From the NCBI GenBank assembly GCA_049323975.1, contig JBMOMY010000019.1:1-37285 (forward strand): a DNA stretch of 37,285 nt, written 5' to 3'. The position numbers were made by a program, and so were the translations under genes. Each line of letters opens with the position of its first letter. Within the stretch, counting starts at the first letter, position 1. The notes beneath the pieces were generated by a model. The model was not told where the DNA came from. It worked only from the letters and a program-made list of their open reading frames with translations, and made no database searches. Below, piece by piece: positions 1 to 8,872 of this stretch. Origin of the DNA: Pseudomonadota bacterium (GTDB lineage: Bacteria > Pseudomonadota > Alphaproteobacteria > UBA11222).

Positions 1-35
1 TGGCGCATGGAAGACCTAAAACGGCTTGTATTCAA

Positions 36-2999
36 ATGTACGACTTTTCTTTCCTGGAAGCTATAAAGGATAATGACGTCGTTCCAGGGCCTTTCGATAA
101 GACCCAGGCGGAAGCGATGCTGGCGGATTTTCTTGCGGAGCATGGCGGCGAGGCGCCCCATGAAACCGTTATCCCGGATCTGTGCGCCCATCCGGGAGGC
201 AGACGGATTTTACTGGCGGTGTTTGGCAACAGCTCGTTTCTGAGCCGGCTTGTGTTCCGAGACCCCCTGTTCCTGGCGAAATTGTCGCTACAGGGGCCTG
301 AGAACAGCATGGCGGAGACAAGCCGGGACCTGAAGGAACTTGCGCAGGCGGATCTATCTCAGGAGGAACTGGGCCGGAGGTTGCGCCGGCTTCGCGGCCA
401 GGCGGCGCTGACCATCGCCGTGGCGGATATTACAGGTTATTGGGAATTGCCGCAGGTCTTGCAGGCGCTTTCTGATTTCGCGCAGGCGGTGCTGCAATGC
501 GTGGTGGACGCCTTGTTGCGCGCCAATGCCCGCACAGGGGATGTGCTCCTCGCGGATCCCGCGCGTCCGTCCCATGGATGCGGATATACGATCATCGCAA
601 TGGGCAAGCTGGGATCGCGGGAACTGAATTATTCCAGCGATATCGATCTGATCGTCCTGTATGACCCGGACCGCTCCTCCTATGCGGGCAAAAGAGATGT
701 ACAGGATTTTCAGGTCCGCTTTACCAGAACATTGGTCAGGCTGCTGCAGGATTTCACCGAGGATGGCTATGTCTTCCGGGTTGATCTGCGTCTGCGGCCC
801 GATCCATCCTCCACGCCGATCGCGCTGCCGGCCGGGGCTGCCGAAACTTATTACGAGAGCGCGGGGAAGGGCTGGGAGCGCTCGGCCATGATCAAGGCGC
901 GAGCGGTTGCAGGGGATATCGAACTGGGGGAGCAGTTTCTGAAAAACATCAGCCCATTCGTATGGCGCAGAAATCTGGATTACGCCGCCATCCGCGATGT
1001 GCAGGATATGATCGGTCTTATCCGGGCGCATCACGGCCATGGTGAAATCCAGATCGCCGGACACAATATCAAACAGGGGATTGGCGGCATTCGCGAAATC
1101 GAATTCTACGCGCAAACCCATCAGCTCATTTCCGGCGGGCGCGACCGCCAGTTGCGGGAGCCATCGACGCTCGGAATGATCAAGGTTCTGCAGGAGAAAG
1201 GCCTGCTGAATGAACAGGCCGCGGGTCTTTTGCGGAACGCCTATGTTTTTCTGCGCGTGCTGGAGCACCGTCTGCAGATGACGCATGATGAGCAGACGCA
1301 AACCCTGCCCAAAGATCCGGTTGAATTTGCGCGTCTGGGAAATTTCATGGGTTTTCCGGATCACCAGGAGTTTACCCGGACAGTCCGGCGGCATCTGGAG
1401 AATGCAGCGGCGCAATTTCAGAAATTGATGGCGTTGGAGAACGGCGGCGCGCCGGATAAACAGAAGGCTGCGCCGCAAGCCCTGTCCGAAGATTTCCTGC
1501 AGGGACTTGGATTTGCAGACTCCAAACGGGCCTTCACGATCACCGAAACCTGGCGCAGTTTCCGCTACCGCGCCATGCGCAGCCCGCGCGCCCAGGAATT
1601 GCTGAATCAGCTTACGCCGGAGATCCTGAACGCCCTTGCCGCGACATCGGATCCGGATGGGGCCTTGTTGCGGTTTGATGAATTTCTGGCCGCCTTGCCG
1701 GCAGGGGTCCAGATTTTTTCACTGTTTACCGCAAATCCCTGGCTGTTACGGCTTCTGGCCGAAATCATGGGGATGGCGCCGGGACTGGCGCAAATTCTCG
1801 GGCGGCGGCCCGCCCTGCTGGATGCTGTGCTGTCTCCTGGTTTCCTTGATGATTTTCCCGGCGAAGCGGAACTGGCGAAAGATCTGGAATATGCGCTTGA
1901 AGCAGCGCAGGATTTTCAGGATGTGCTGGATATCACCCGCCGGTGGGTGAATGAGCGGAAATTTCAGGCGGGCGTGCAATTGCTGCGCCATCTGCTGGAT
2001 GGCGCAGCGGCGGGAAAAGCGCTGAGCCGCATCGCCACGACATTGATCCGCACCCTGCTGCCGCGGGTGGAGGATGAGTTCGCCCTTAAACATGGGCGGG
2101 TTCCGGACGCCGCCATGGCGGTCATCGCCATGGGAAAGCTGGGCGGGGAGGAGCTGACCTTCACCTCTGACCTGGACCTGATCTTCATCTATCCCGATAC
2201 GCAGGAGATGTCGGACGGAAAATCGCCCCTCGGCGCCGCGCAATATTTTGCGCGGCTGGGCCAGCGCTTCATCAACGCCCTGACAGCGCTGACCCCGGAA
2301 GGACAATTATATGAGGTCGATATGCGGCTCCGCCCCTCCGGCGGAAAGGGGCCGATCGCGGTGTCTCTCGAAGCCTTCCGCAGATATCATGAGGAACTGG
2401 CCCAGACCTGGGAGCATATGGCGTGGACACGGGCGCGCATTCTCACGGGGCCGGAACAGCTAACCGCCGATATCAATCGCATCACGCATGGTTTTCTGCG
2501 CAGGAAACGCGACGTCGCCTCGCTCGCCCATGATGTCGCCGTTATGCGCGGGAAAGTGGACCGTGAGTTTCACAGTGACAACATCTGGGACCTCAAATAT
2601 GTCCGCGGCGGTATGATCGATGCGGAATTCACGACGCAGTTCCTGATTCTGAACTACGCCGTGGAGTTTGAAGATGTGCTTCATACCAATATCATTTCGG
2701 CGCTTGAACGGCTGCGGTCGCATCAGGCGCTGTCCGAAGCAGGCGCGGAGGATTTTGGCGCGCCGCTTTCATTGCTGCGTGATTTGCAGCAGATAACCCG
2801 TCTGTGTCTCGATGAGCCGCGCGCCGTTCCTGCGGCGCCCCACGCATTCCGGACTATGCTGGCCGATTTGTTCGGGGCGGCCGATTTTTCCGCACTGGAG
2901 CGCAGGATCACGGATGCGGAAAGGATTATATTTGGCGCGTATATGGATATAGTGTTGAGGCAGGCGGGTTTGCGGGAAGAGCCCGCAAGCGATGGATGA
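36..2999 (+). CDS. glnE: Bifunctional glutamine synthetase adenylyltransferase/adenylyl-removing enzyme
   Basis: 987-aa ORF with two nucleotidyltransferase modules, each carrying the GlnE-type motif (AMGKLGSRELNYSSDIDL... and AMGKLGGEELTFTSDLDL...). Length and duplicated architecture are typical of GlnE. Confidence 0.95.
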   Translation: MYDFSFLEAIKDNDVVPGPFDKTQAEAMLADFLAEHGGEAPHETVIPDLCAHPGGRRILLAVFGNSSFLSRLVFRDPLFLAKLSLQGPENSMAETSRDLKELAQADLSQEELGRRLRRLRGQAALTIAVADITGYWELPQVLQALSDFAQAVLQCVVDALLRANARTGDVLLADPARPSHGCGYTIIAMGKLGSRELNYSSDIDLIVLYDPDRSSYAGKRDVQDFQVRFTRTLVRLLQDFTEDGYVFRVDLRLRPDPSSTPIALPAGAAETYYESAGKGWERSAMIKARAVAGDIELGEQFLKNISPFVWRRNLDYAAIRDVQDMIGLIRAHHGHGEIQIAGHNIKQGIGGIREIEFYAQTHQLISGGRDRQLREPSTLGMIKVLQEKGLLNEQAAGLLRNAYVFLRVLEHRLQMTHDEQTQTLPKDPVEFARLGNFMGFPDHQEFTRTVRRHLENAAAQFQKLMALENGGAPDKQKAAPQALSEDFLQGLGFADSKRAFTITETWRSFRYRAMRSPRAQELLNQLTPEILNALAATSDPDGALLRFDEFLAALPAGVQIFSLFTANPWLLRLLAEIMGMAPGLAQILGRRPALLDAVLSPGFLDDFPGEAELAKDLEYALEAAQDFQDVLDITRRWVNERKFQAGVQLLRHLLDGAAAGKALSRIATTLIRTLLPRVEDEFALKHGRVPDAAMAVIAMGKLGGEELTFTSDLDLIFIYPDTQEMSDGKSPLGAAQYFARLGQRFINALTALTPEGQLYEVDMRLRPSGGKGPIAVSLEAFRRYHEELAQTWEHMAWTRARILTGPEQLTADINRITHGFLRRKRDVASLAHDVAVMRGKVDREFHSDNIWDLKYVRGGMIDAEFTTQFLILNYAVEFEDVLHTNIISALERLRSHQALSEAGAEDFGAPLSLLRDLQQITRLCLDEPRAVPAAPHAFRTMLADLFGAADFSALERRITDAERIIFGAYMDIVLRQAGLREEPASDG

Positions 3000-3027
3000 G
3001 AATTGTGGATTTTGGAAAGGATAGAAG

Positions 3028-3498
3028 ATGCTGGAGGCAGGTCAGAAAGCGCCGGATTTCAAACTCAGGACAGATGGCGGGGGTGAAATCAGTCTGGCCA
3101 AGCTGAAGGGAAAGATCGCCATCATCTATTTTTATCCAAAGGACGATACGCCTGGCTGCACGACAGAAGCGATTGATTTCAGCCGGCTTCAACCGGATTT
3201 TGAAAAGGCTGGCGCGACTATTCTGGGGGTTTCCAAGGACAGTGTGGAGCGCCACGACAAATTCAAGTTGAAACATGACCTGACCATCCGGCTGGCCTCT
3301 GACGATTCCGGTAAAATGCTGGCTGATTATGGCGTATGGGTGAAAAAGAAAAATTACGGCCGCGAATATATGGGTATTGAACGAAGCACTTTCCTTATCG
3401 ATTCCAAAGGGGTGATTCGTAATATCTGGCGCAAGGTGAAGGTCAAGGGCCATGCGGAAAATGTACTGGAGGCCGTACACACGCTGCAGGCGATTTAA
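3028..3498 (+). CDS. bcp: Thioredoxin-dependent thiol peroxidase (Bcp/PrxQ-type peroxiredoxin)
   Basis: 156 aa. Peroxiredoxin active-site motif YFYPKDDTPGCTTEA. A GGAAAGGA-like SD lies upstream of the ATG. Confidence 0.93.
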   Translation: MLEAGQKAPDFKLRTDGGGEISLAKLKGKIAIIYFYPKDDTPGCTTEAIDFSRLQPDFEKAGATILGVSKDSVERHDKFKLKHDLTIRLASDDSGKMLADYGVWVKKKNYGREYMGIERSTFLIDSKGVIRNIWRKVKVKGHAENVLEAVHTLQAI

Positions 3499-3720
3499 GT
3501 GCGCCAAGGCCCGGAATTCTCTCACTCGGAATTGAAGGATTCGCCAGAACAGGGGCGGGATGGCGGCTACTGATGCTTTCTGCTCTTTTCTGAATTTACA
3601 AATCCGCGGCAGAGATTTTCTGGTGATAACTGCAAACAAGTGATGGACTCCACTTGTAAATCAGGTTTGAATGGATATAGCGGCGAGGGGGCCGTGGGTT
3701 AGGCAACAAGAGGGGGCCGG

Positions 3721-5004
3721 ATGTTGAACGGCATCTTTGCGGTCGCCGCTAGCCGGTTTAGGCAGCAAATTCCAGAATTTCAAATCTACTTCCGCAACGG
3801 GCGCGGGATTCGCAGATTTACGTTTTCGCCTGCAAGACAATTGTTTCTGTACACGCTGACGTTGTCGGTATTCCTCTGGACAGGCTTTGCTTCTGTAAAA
3901 TACTTTACCCACAACAAGACGGTTGATGCGCGCGTGGCGCAGTATCAGGCGCTTCTGACGGCTTATGCACAGGTTTCGGCAGAGAAGTCCGATCTCCAGA
4001 AACGCCTCGAAAAGGCCGCCGCGTCTCCTCTCTCGTCAGGCGACAGTCTGGAAAACGCAATGGCGCCGCAGGAAATGCGCCAGACGCCGGCCAGAGAGGA
4101 CCTGACCCTCATGTTGCAGCCCAGACCCCGTGTCCTGACCAATCCGGTTCCGCGTGGCAGGGTGAGCCTTGAGGCAGGACCAAAGCCACGTCCAGCCCAA
4201 CCCACGCCGAAACCACAGCCTGACGCGCCGCCGGCTTTTGGGAATCTGGATCGCCCTGTGGCGGCGCAAAAACTTCGTCCTGTCGAAAATGACCTGAATG
4301 ACGCCCTTCTGGGAGAGGCGCAGACGTTCGTTGTTGCCGATGTCGGTGCAGCCATCCGGAATCTGGAAAAACTGATCAATCAGACCGGTCTTAATGCGGA
4401 TGCAATTCTCCGCCGCCGGACACCCACGCACACCGGTGGGGAGGAAGGCGGCGCCAGCGGCGGGCCGCTATTGTCACTGCCGCCAACCATGATCCGTACT
4501 TTCACGACGGACAGGGCGCGCGAAGCGTCGCTGGAATCGTCTGCGCGTTTGAGCAGGCTTGAAATGCTGCGGGAGGCGTTGTTCAGTCTGCCTTTGGCGG
4601 AGCCTGTTGATAAATATTATATTTCCAGTGGCTTTGGCTATCGTAAGGATCCATTTACCCGGGAGCGCGCTTTTCATTCCGGCGCCGATCTCGTCGCTCC
4701 ACATGGGGATCCGGTGCGCTCCAGCGCGCCAGGTATGATTATTTTTGCCGGTTATAACGGACCTTATGGCAATATGGTGGAGATCGATCATGGCAACGGG
4801 GTCAAAAGCCGGTATGGCCATATGAGTCGTCTCGCCGTCTCCAAAGGACAGAAAGTTGGTCTGCGCGATGTTATCGGATATGTGGGTAATACCGGGCGAA
4901 GCGGTACGGCGCATTTGCATTTTGAGGTATGGTTCGATGGAAAGCCGCGTAACCCTCTTAATTTCCTGAAGGCAGGGGAGAATGTTTTTCAGCGGCAGGG
5001 ATAA
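3721..5004 (+). CDS. Membrane-anchored M23/LytM family peptidase (LmdC-like architecture)
   Basis: C-terminal M23 motifs HSGADL, GNMVEIDHGNG and GNTGRSGTAHLHFEV. N-terminal hydrophobic segment LFLYTLTLSVFLWTGFASV, then a coiled-coil-like stretch and a Pro-rich linker (PKPRPAQPTPKPQPDAPP). The exact start is uncertain. Confidence 0.85.
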   Translation: MLNGIFAVAASRFRQQIPEFQIYFRNGRGIRRFTFSPARQLFLYTLTLSVFLWTGFASVKYFTHNKTVDARVAQYQALLTAYAQVSAEKSDLQKRLEKAAASPLSSGDSLENAMAPQEMRQTPAREDLTLMLQPRPRVLTNPVPRGRVSLEAGPKPRPAQPTPKPQPDAPPAFGNLDRPVAAQKLRPVENDLNDALLGEAQTFVVADVGAAIRNLEKLINQTGLNADAILRRRTPTHTGGEEGGASGGPLLSLPPTMIRTFTTDRAREASLESSARLSRLEMLREALFSLPLAEPVDKYYISSGFGYRKDPFTRERAFHSGADLVAPHGDPVRSSAPGMIIFAGYNGPYGNMVEIDHGNGVKSRYGHMSRLAVSKGQKVGLRDVIGYVGNTGRSGTAHLHFEVWFDGKPRNPLNFLKAGENVFQRQG

Positions 5005-5410
5005 GAATCCAAACGCTGTAACGAGCGGACGCCGGAAAGGGCGAGAGATGCCCTCACTCATCGGCCCGGATCTCATCGTATCAGGCAATCTGACCACACA
5101 GGGGGATTTGCATGTCGATGGAGTGGTGGAGGGCGATATAAACTGCCAATCCCTGATCATAGGTCCAGCCGCCACGGTTACCGGGCATATTGCGGCAGTA
5201 GAGGTGCTGGTGCGCGGCAATCTTACCGGCAATATCGAAGCCAGAACGGTGACGTTGAGTAAAACCGCCCGGGTGGATGGCGATATTCTGCATGAAACCA
5301 TCGCCATTGAGGCAGGCGCCTTGCTGGAAGGCCGGTTGACCGGCCGCAACCGTTCCCTGGGCGCCATCATGGAGGCGTTGCCCATGAACCAGGGCGAAGG
5401 CTCCGAATAG
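4982..5410 (+). CDS. Bactofilin family cytoskeletal protein
   Basis: 142 aa with the bactofilin beta-helix repeat pattern (GDLHVDGVVEGDI, VTGHIAAVEVLVRGNLTGNI, VDGDILHETIAIEAGALLEG). The N-terminal MFFSGR resembles the MFSK-type bactofilin membrane-targeting motif. This start overlaps the M23 gene by 23 nt. An alternative ATG is at 5048. Confidence 0.85.
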   Translation: MFFSGRDKNPNAVTSGRRKGREMPSLIGPDLIVSGNLTTQGDLHVDGVVEGDINCQSLIIGPAATVTGHIAAVEVLVRGNLTGNIEARTVTLSKTARVDGDILHETIAIEAGALLEGRLTGRNRSLGAIMEALPMNQGEGSE

Positions 5411-5681
5411 TCCCCGCCGTCAGCCGGGACGATCTTTCTTCCTCACAGAAACAGCAGAGTGTTGCTGAGTGTTTGCTCATCACAATGTCGTGAGGGATGT
5501 ATGTAGTGGATTGTAAATAACCAGATCGGGGTTAGAGTCAATCCGCAGTCATGATTTCCTGACACTGCCTGGAAGACTGGCTGTCTGGCGTTATTTGCTT
5601 TGTGATCAGGAATTACAACCGTCTCAGAAAAGACACCCGGATGCCGGAAGGCTTTCGAAAATAACAAAGGAGACCGTAGGA

Positions 5682-7055
5682 ATGAGCAAACATCGTTTCT
5701 TTCTGAGTGCGCCATTTGCGGTATTGCTGGCGTCCTCTGCTCTTGCAGGCGTGCCGCAGGAAGTGGTGGACAGGCTCGGCAAGGATCTGACCCCGATGGG
5801 GTCGCAAAAGGCCGGCAACAAGGAGGGCGATATTCCGGAATGGACCGGGGGTCTGCAATCTCCGCCCGCCAATGTCACTTATAAAATAGGCGACCGTCAC
5901 CCTGACCCCTTTGCTTCCGACAAGGTCCTGTTCACCATCACCGCAGCAAATATGGCGCAGTATGAAGGCAGGCTGGGTGTCGGGTCAGTGGCCATGTTCA
6001 AGGCCTATCCCGAAACCTACAAGATGAATGTGTATCAAACGCACCGGACCTGTGCGCAGCCGGACGCCGTCTACGAGGTTTTGAAAAGCAATGCGCTGAA
6101 CAGCGCCGGCTCTCCCGATGGTTCAGGTTTTTCTGGCGCAATTCGCTCCACCGCTTTTCCCGTCCCCAGCACGGCGCAGGAGGTGATGTGGAACCACAAG
6201 CTGAAATTCCGCAATTTCAAGGGAACGCGCCAGTTGGCGTTCGCAGCGCCGACCCGCGGCGGCGACTTCACCCTTTATGTCGCGCAGGACGATGTGTATC
6301 AGAAATATGGCGATCCTTCGGTCAAGGACGTGGCGGAACTGGATAATGTTTCTCTTAAATACATCTCCAACACCATCGCGCCCGCCCGCAGCGCCGGCAA
6401 TGTGATTCTCATTCATGAGACCATCAATACGGCGCAGGGGGCCCGGAAAGCCTGGGTCTACAGCCCCGGTACGCGGCGTGTGCGGCGTGCGCCGAACATC
6501 GCCTATGACAACCCGGCGACCAACTCGGACGGTATGGAAGCCACTGACAATTTCGGCGGTTTCAATGGCGCGACGGACCGTTATAACTGGTCATATGTCG
6601 GCCGTCAGGAAACCTATCTGCCGAACAACAACTACCGCTTTGCGCAGCGTGATCTGCAGTACAAGGATATCCTCGTCCCGGGCGGTCATCTCAACATGGA
6701 CTATGTCAGATATGAATTGCAGCGCGCGCATATCCTGGAGGCGAATCTCCGTCCGGAAACCCGCCACCTTTATAAGCGCCGTCAATTCTGGGTCGAAGAG
6801 GATAGCTGGTTCGTGCTGCAGAATACGGCCTATGATGGCCGGGGCGATTTGTGGCGCGTGCTGGAGCAGTTCGCAATGACCTATTACGAAGTCCCGGTCT
6901 GCGACCGGGTGGGCGCGGTCACCTACGATCTGAACGCCGGCCGTTACCTTGCTGGCTCTCTGGTCAATCAGGAACAGCAGATCAGCTGGTATGCTGATGA
7001 ATTGACGGAAGACCGTTACACGCCGGACTCCATCCGCCGTCTTGGCGTACGCTGA
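5682..7055 (+). CDS. DUF1329 domain-containing periplasmic/outer-membrane-associated protein (paralog 1)
   Basis: ATG at 5682 behind AAGGAG (5667-5672). Sec-type signal MSKHRFFLSAPFAVLLASSALAG. The conserved run VPQEVVDRLGKDLTPMG...WTGG... matches my recollection of DUF1329. The ORF-track start at 5595 is an upstream extension. The mature call is 457 aa. Confidence 0.82.
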   Translation: MSKHRFFLSAPFAVLLASSALAGVPQEVVDRLGKDLTPMGSQKAGNKEGDIPEWTGGLQSPPANVTYKIGDRHPDPFASDKVLFTITAANMAQYEGRLGVGSVAMFKAYPETYKMNVYQTHRTCAQPDAVYEVLKSNALNSAGSPDGSGFSGAIRSTAFPVPSTAQEVMWNHKLKFRNFKGTRQLAFAAPTRGGDFTLYVAQDDVYQKYGDPSVKDVAELDNVSLKYISNTIAPARSAGNVILIHETINTAQGARKAWVYSPGTRRVRRAPNIAYDNPATNSDGMEATDNFGGFNGATDRYNWSYVGRQETYLPNNNYRFAQRDLQYKDILVPGGHLNMDYVRYELQRAHILEANLRPETRHLYKRRQFWVEEDSWFVLQNTAYDGRGDLWRVLEQFAMTYYEVPVCDRVGAVTYDLNAGRYLAGSLVNQEQQISWYADELTEDRYTPDSIRRLGVR

Positions 7056-7082
7056 GCGCCGGCTAAATCCTGAAAAGCGAAA

Positions 7083-7110
7083 GGGCCGCGTAATTCGCGG
7101 CCCTTTTTTT
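7083..7110 (+). terminator. Rho-independent terminator after DUF1329 paralog 1
   Basis: GGGCCGCG (7083-7090), a 5-nt loop, CGCGGCCC (7096-7103), then a T7 run. Confidence 0.75.
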
Positions 7111-7418
7111 GTCTTCACGCCAAATCTCTTTTCTGCGGGCGAACGCCTCATGGGCGGGTGGCGCTTTTCAGCGCGGCGCCCGCGCGAAGCTGTGGACGTT
7201 CCATCACATTATCGTGAGACAGGCGAGAGATGCGTTGTAAATATATGCATAAAGAACGATACAGGAATATCCCCGGCAAACGACATGGTCACTTGACCCT
7301 AGGCGATCTCTCGCTTAATACCCATCATTGGGGGATTGCACTTCAAACTAGAAGCCGCGGGTGAAGGCAAACGGGGAGAAAACCGCGGTAAAAATAACAC
7401 TAAATTGAGGATCACGGC

Positions 7419-8792
7419 ATGAAAAGACGAAATTTCCTTTTGGGCGCGCCGTTTGCGGCGCTGCTCACGACGGCGGCGCTTGCTGGCGTCCCGCAGGAGG
7501 TTGTGGATCGGCTTGGCAAGGACCTGACTCCGTTAGGTTCGCAAAAGTCCGGAAACAAGGATGGCGCCATTCCGGAATGGACCGGCGGACTCCAATCGCC
7601 ACCCTCCAATGTCACCTATAAGGTCGGCGACCGTCACCCTGACCCCTTTGCCTCCGACAAGGTTCTGTTCACCATCACCTCGGCCAATGTAGCGCAGTAT
7701 GAGAAGAATCTGGCCGAAGGGTCAAAGGCCATGTTCAAGGCCTATCCTGAAACCTACAAGATGAATGTGTATCCAACGCATCGCACCTGCGCGCAGCCGG
7801 ACGCCCTTTATGAGGTTTTGAAAAGCAACGCGCTGAACAGCGTCGGTTCTTCCACGGGCGTAGGCTTTACAGGCGGTTTGCGTTCCACCGTCTTTCCGAT
7901 TCCCAGCACGGCCCAGGAGGTCATGTGGAACCACAAGCTGAAATTCCGCAACGTCAAATTTACGCGGCAGCTCGCCAATGCGACGCCCACCCGCGGGGGT
8001 GATTTCACCCTGTATGTCTCGCAGAGTGACGGGTATGTGAAATTCAGCGATCCGGCGATCAAGAGTGTAGAAGAACTTGGTAATGTTTCGTTCAAATACA
8101 TCAACAACACCATCGCCCCCGCCCGCAGCGCTGGCAATGTGATTCTCATCCACGAAACCATCAATGAGACGTCGGGCCCCCGTAAGGCCTGGGTCTACAG
8201 CCCCGGCACGCGGCGCGTACGGCGTGCGCCGAACCTTGCCTATGACAATCCGCTGACGAATTCTGACGGGATGGACACCATCGACAATTCCGGCGGCTTC
8301 AATGGCGCGACAGACCGTTTCGACTGGGCTTATGTCGGCCGGCAGGAAGCCTATCTGCCGAACAACAACTACCGTCTGGCGCAGCGTGATCTGCAGTATA
8401 ACGACATCATCGTCGCGGGTGGGCATCCCAACATGGAGTATGTCCGCTATGAATTGCAGCGCGCGCATGTCCTGGATGCGAAGCTGCGTCCCAACACACG
8501 GCATCTCTACTCACGCCGTCAGTTCTGGGTCGATGAAGATGGCTGGTTCGTGGTGCAGAACACGGCCTATGACGGACAGGGCGCATTGTGGCGCGTGCTC
8601 GAGCAGTTCGCGATGACCTATTATGAAGCTCCGGTCTGCGACCGCTCAGGGGCGGCCACTTACGATCTGAACGCGCGCCGCTATCTGACGTCTTCACTCG
8701 TCAACCAGGAGCCGCAAATCAACTGGTTTGCTGACGAGCTGGAGGAAGATCGTTACACGCCGGACGCCATCCGCCGCCTTGGCGTGCGCTGA
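7419..8792 (+). CDS. DUF1329 domain-containing protein (paralog 2)
   Basis: 457 aa with signal peptide MKRRNFLLGAPFAALLTTAALAG. It is collinear and gap-free against paralog 1 by eye, with most residues identical. Confidence 0.86.
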   Translation: MKRRNFLLGAPFAALLTTAALAGVPQEVVDRLGKDLTPLGSQKSGNKDGAIPEWTGGLQSPPSNVTYKVGDRHPDPFASDKVLFTITSANVAQYEKNLAEGSKAMFKAYPETYKMNVYPTHRTCAQPDALYEVLKSNALNSVGSSTGVGFTGGLRSTVFPIPSTAQEVMWNHKLKFRNVKFTRQLANATPTRGGDFTLYVSQSDGYVKFSDPAIKSVEELGNVSFKYINNTIAPARSAGNVILIHETINETSGPRKAWVYSPGTRRVRRAPNLAYDNPLTNSDGMDTIDNSGGFNGATDRFDWAYVGRQEAYLPNNNYRLAQRDLQYNDIIVAGGHPNMEYVRYELQRAHVLDAKLRPNTRHLYSRRQFWVDEDGWFVVQNTAYDGQGALWRVLEQFAMTYYEAPVCDRSGAATYDLNARRYLTSSLVNQEPQINWFADELEEDRYTPDAIRRLGVR

Positions 8793-8819
8793 GCGTCAAT
8801 TATATCCTGAAAAACAGAA

Positions 8820-8846
8820 GGGCCGCGCATTCGCGGCCCTTTTTTT
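8820..8846. terminator. Probable bidirectional terminator between DUF1329 paralog 2 (+) and gshA (-)
   Basis: GGGCCGCG / CGCGGCCC stem followed by T7 on the + strand. On the - strand the same stem is followed by a T-rich tract (cttctgttttt). It sits between convergent stops at 8792 and 8873. Confidence 0.7.
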
Positions 8847-8872
8847 CGCCCGGCATCAGGCCTTCAGAAGGT

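Larger units (their letters stand above)
5682..8846 (+). repeat. Tandem gene duplication (two DUF1329 units, each with its own terminator), period about 1737 nt
   Basis: Start-to-start offset is 7419-5682 = 1737 nt. Both CDS are 457 aa. The 3' flanks are also related (gctgagcg...atcctgaaaa...aagggccgcg.attcgcggcccttttttt in both copies). Confidence 0.8.

Noticed and set aside
5411-5681. 271-nt lower-GC leader upstream of DUF1329 paralog 1, considered as a possible riboswitch or sRNA.
   Set aside because: I could not recognise any known riboswitch core or a convincing conserved structure by eye. A covariance-model scan (Rfam/Infernal) would be needed before claiming anything.
7042-7296. 84-aa ORF in the spacer between the DUF1329 paralogs.
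   Set aside because: It starts inside the upstream CDS, runs through the rho-independent terminator, and has no SD or recognisable motif.
7355-7392. CCGCGGGT…AACCGCGG hairpin upstream of DUF1329 paralog 2.
   Set aside because: It has a short stem with a large loop, no T-run, and no counterpart upstream of paralog 1. That is not enough to call a regulatory element.
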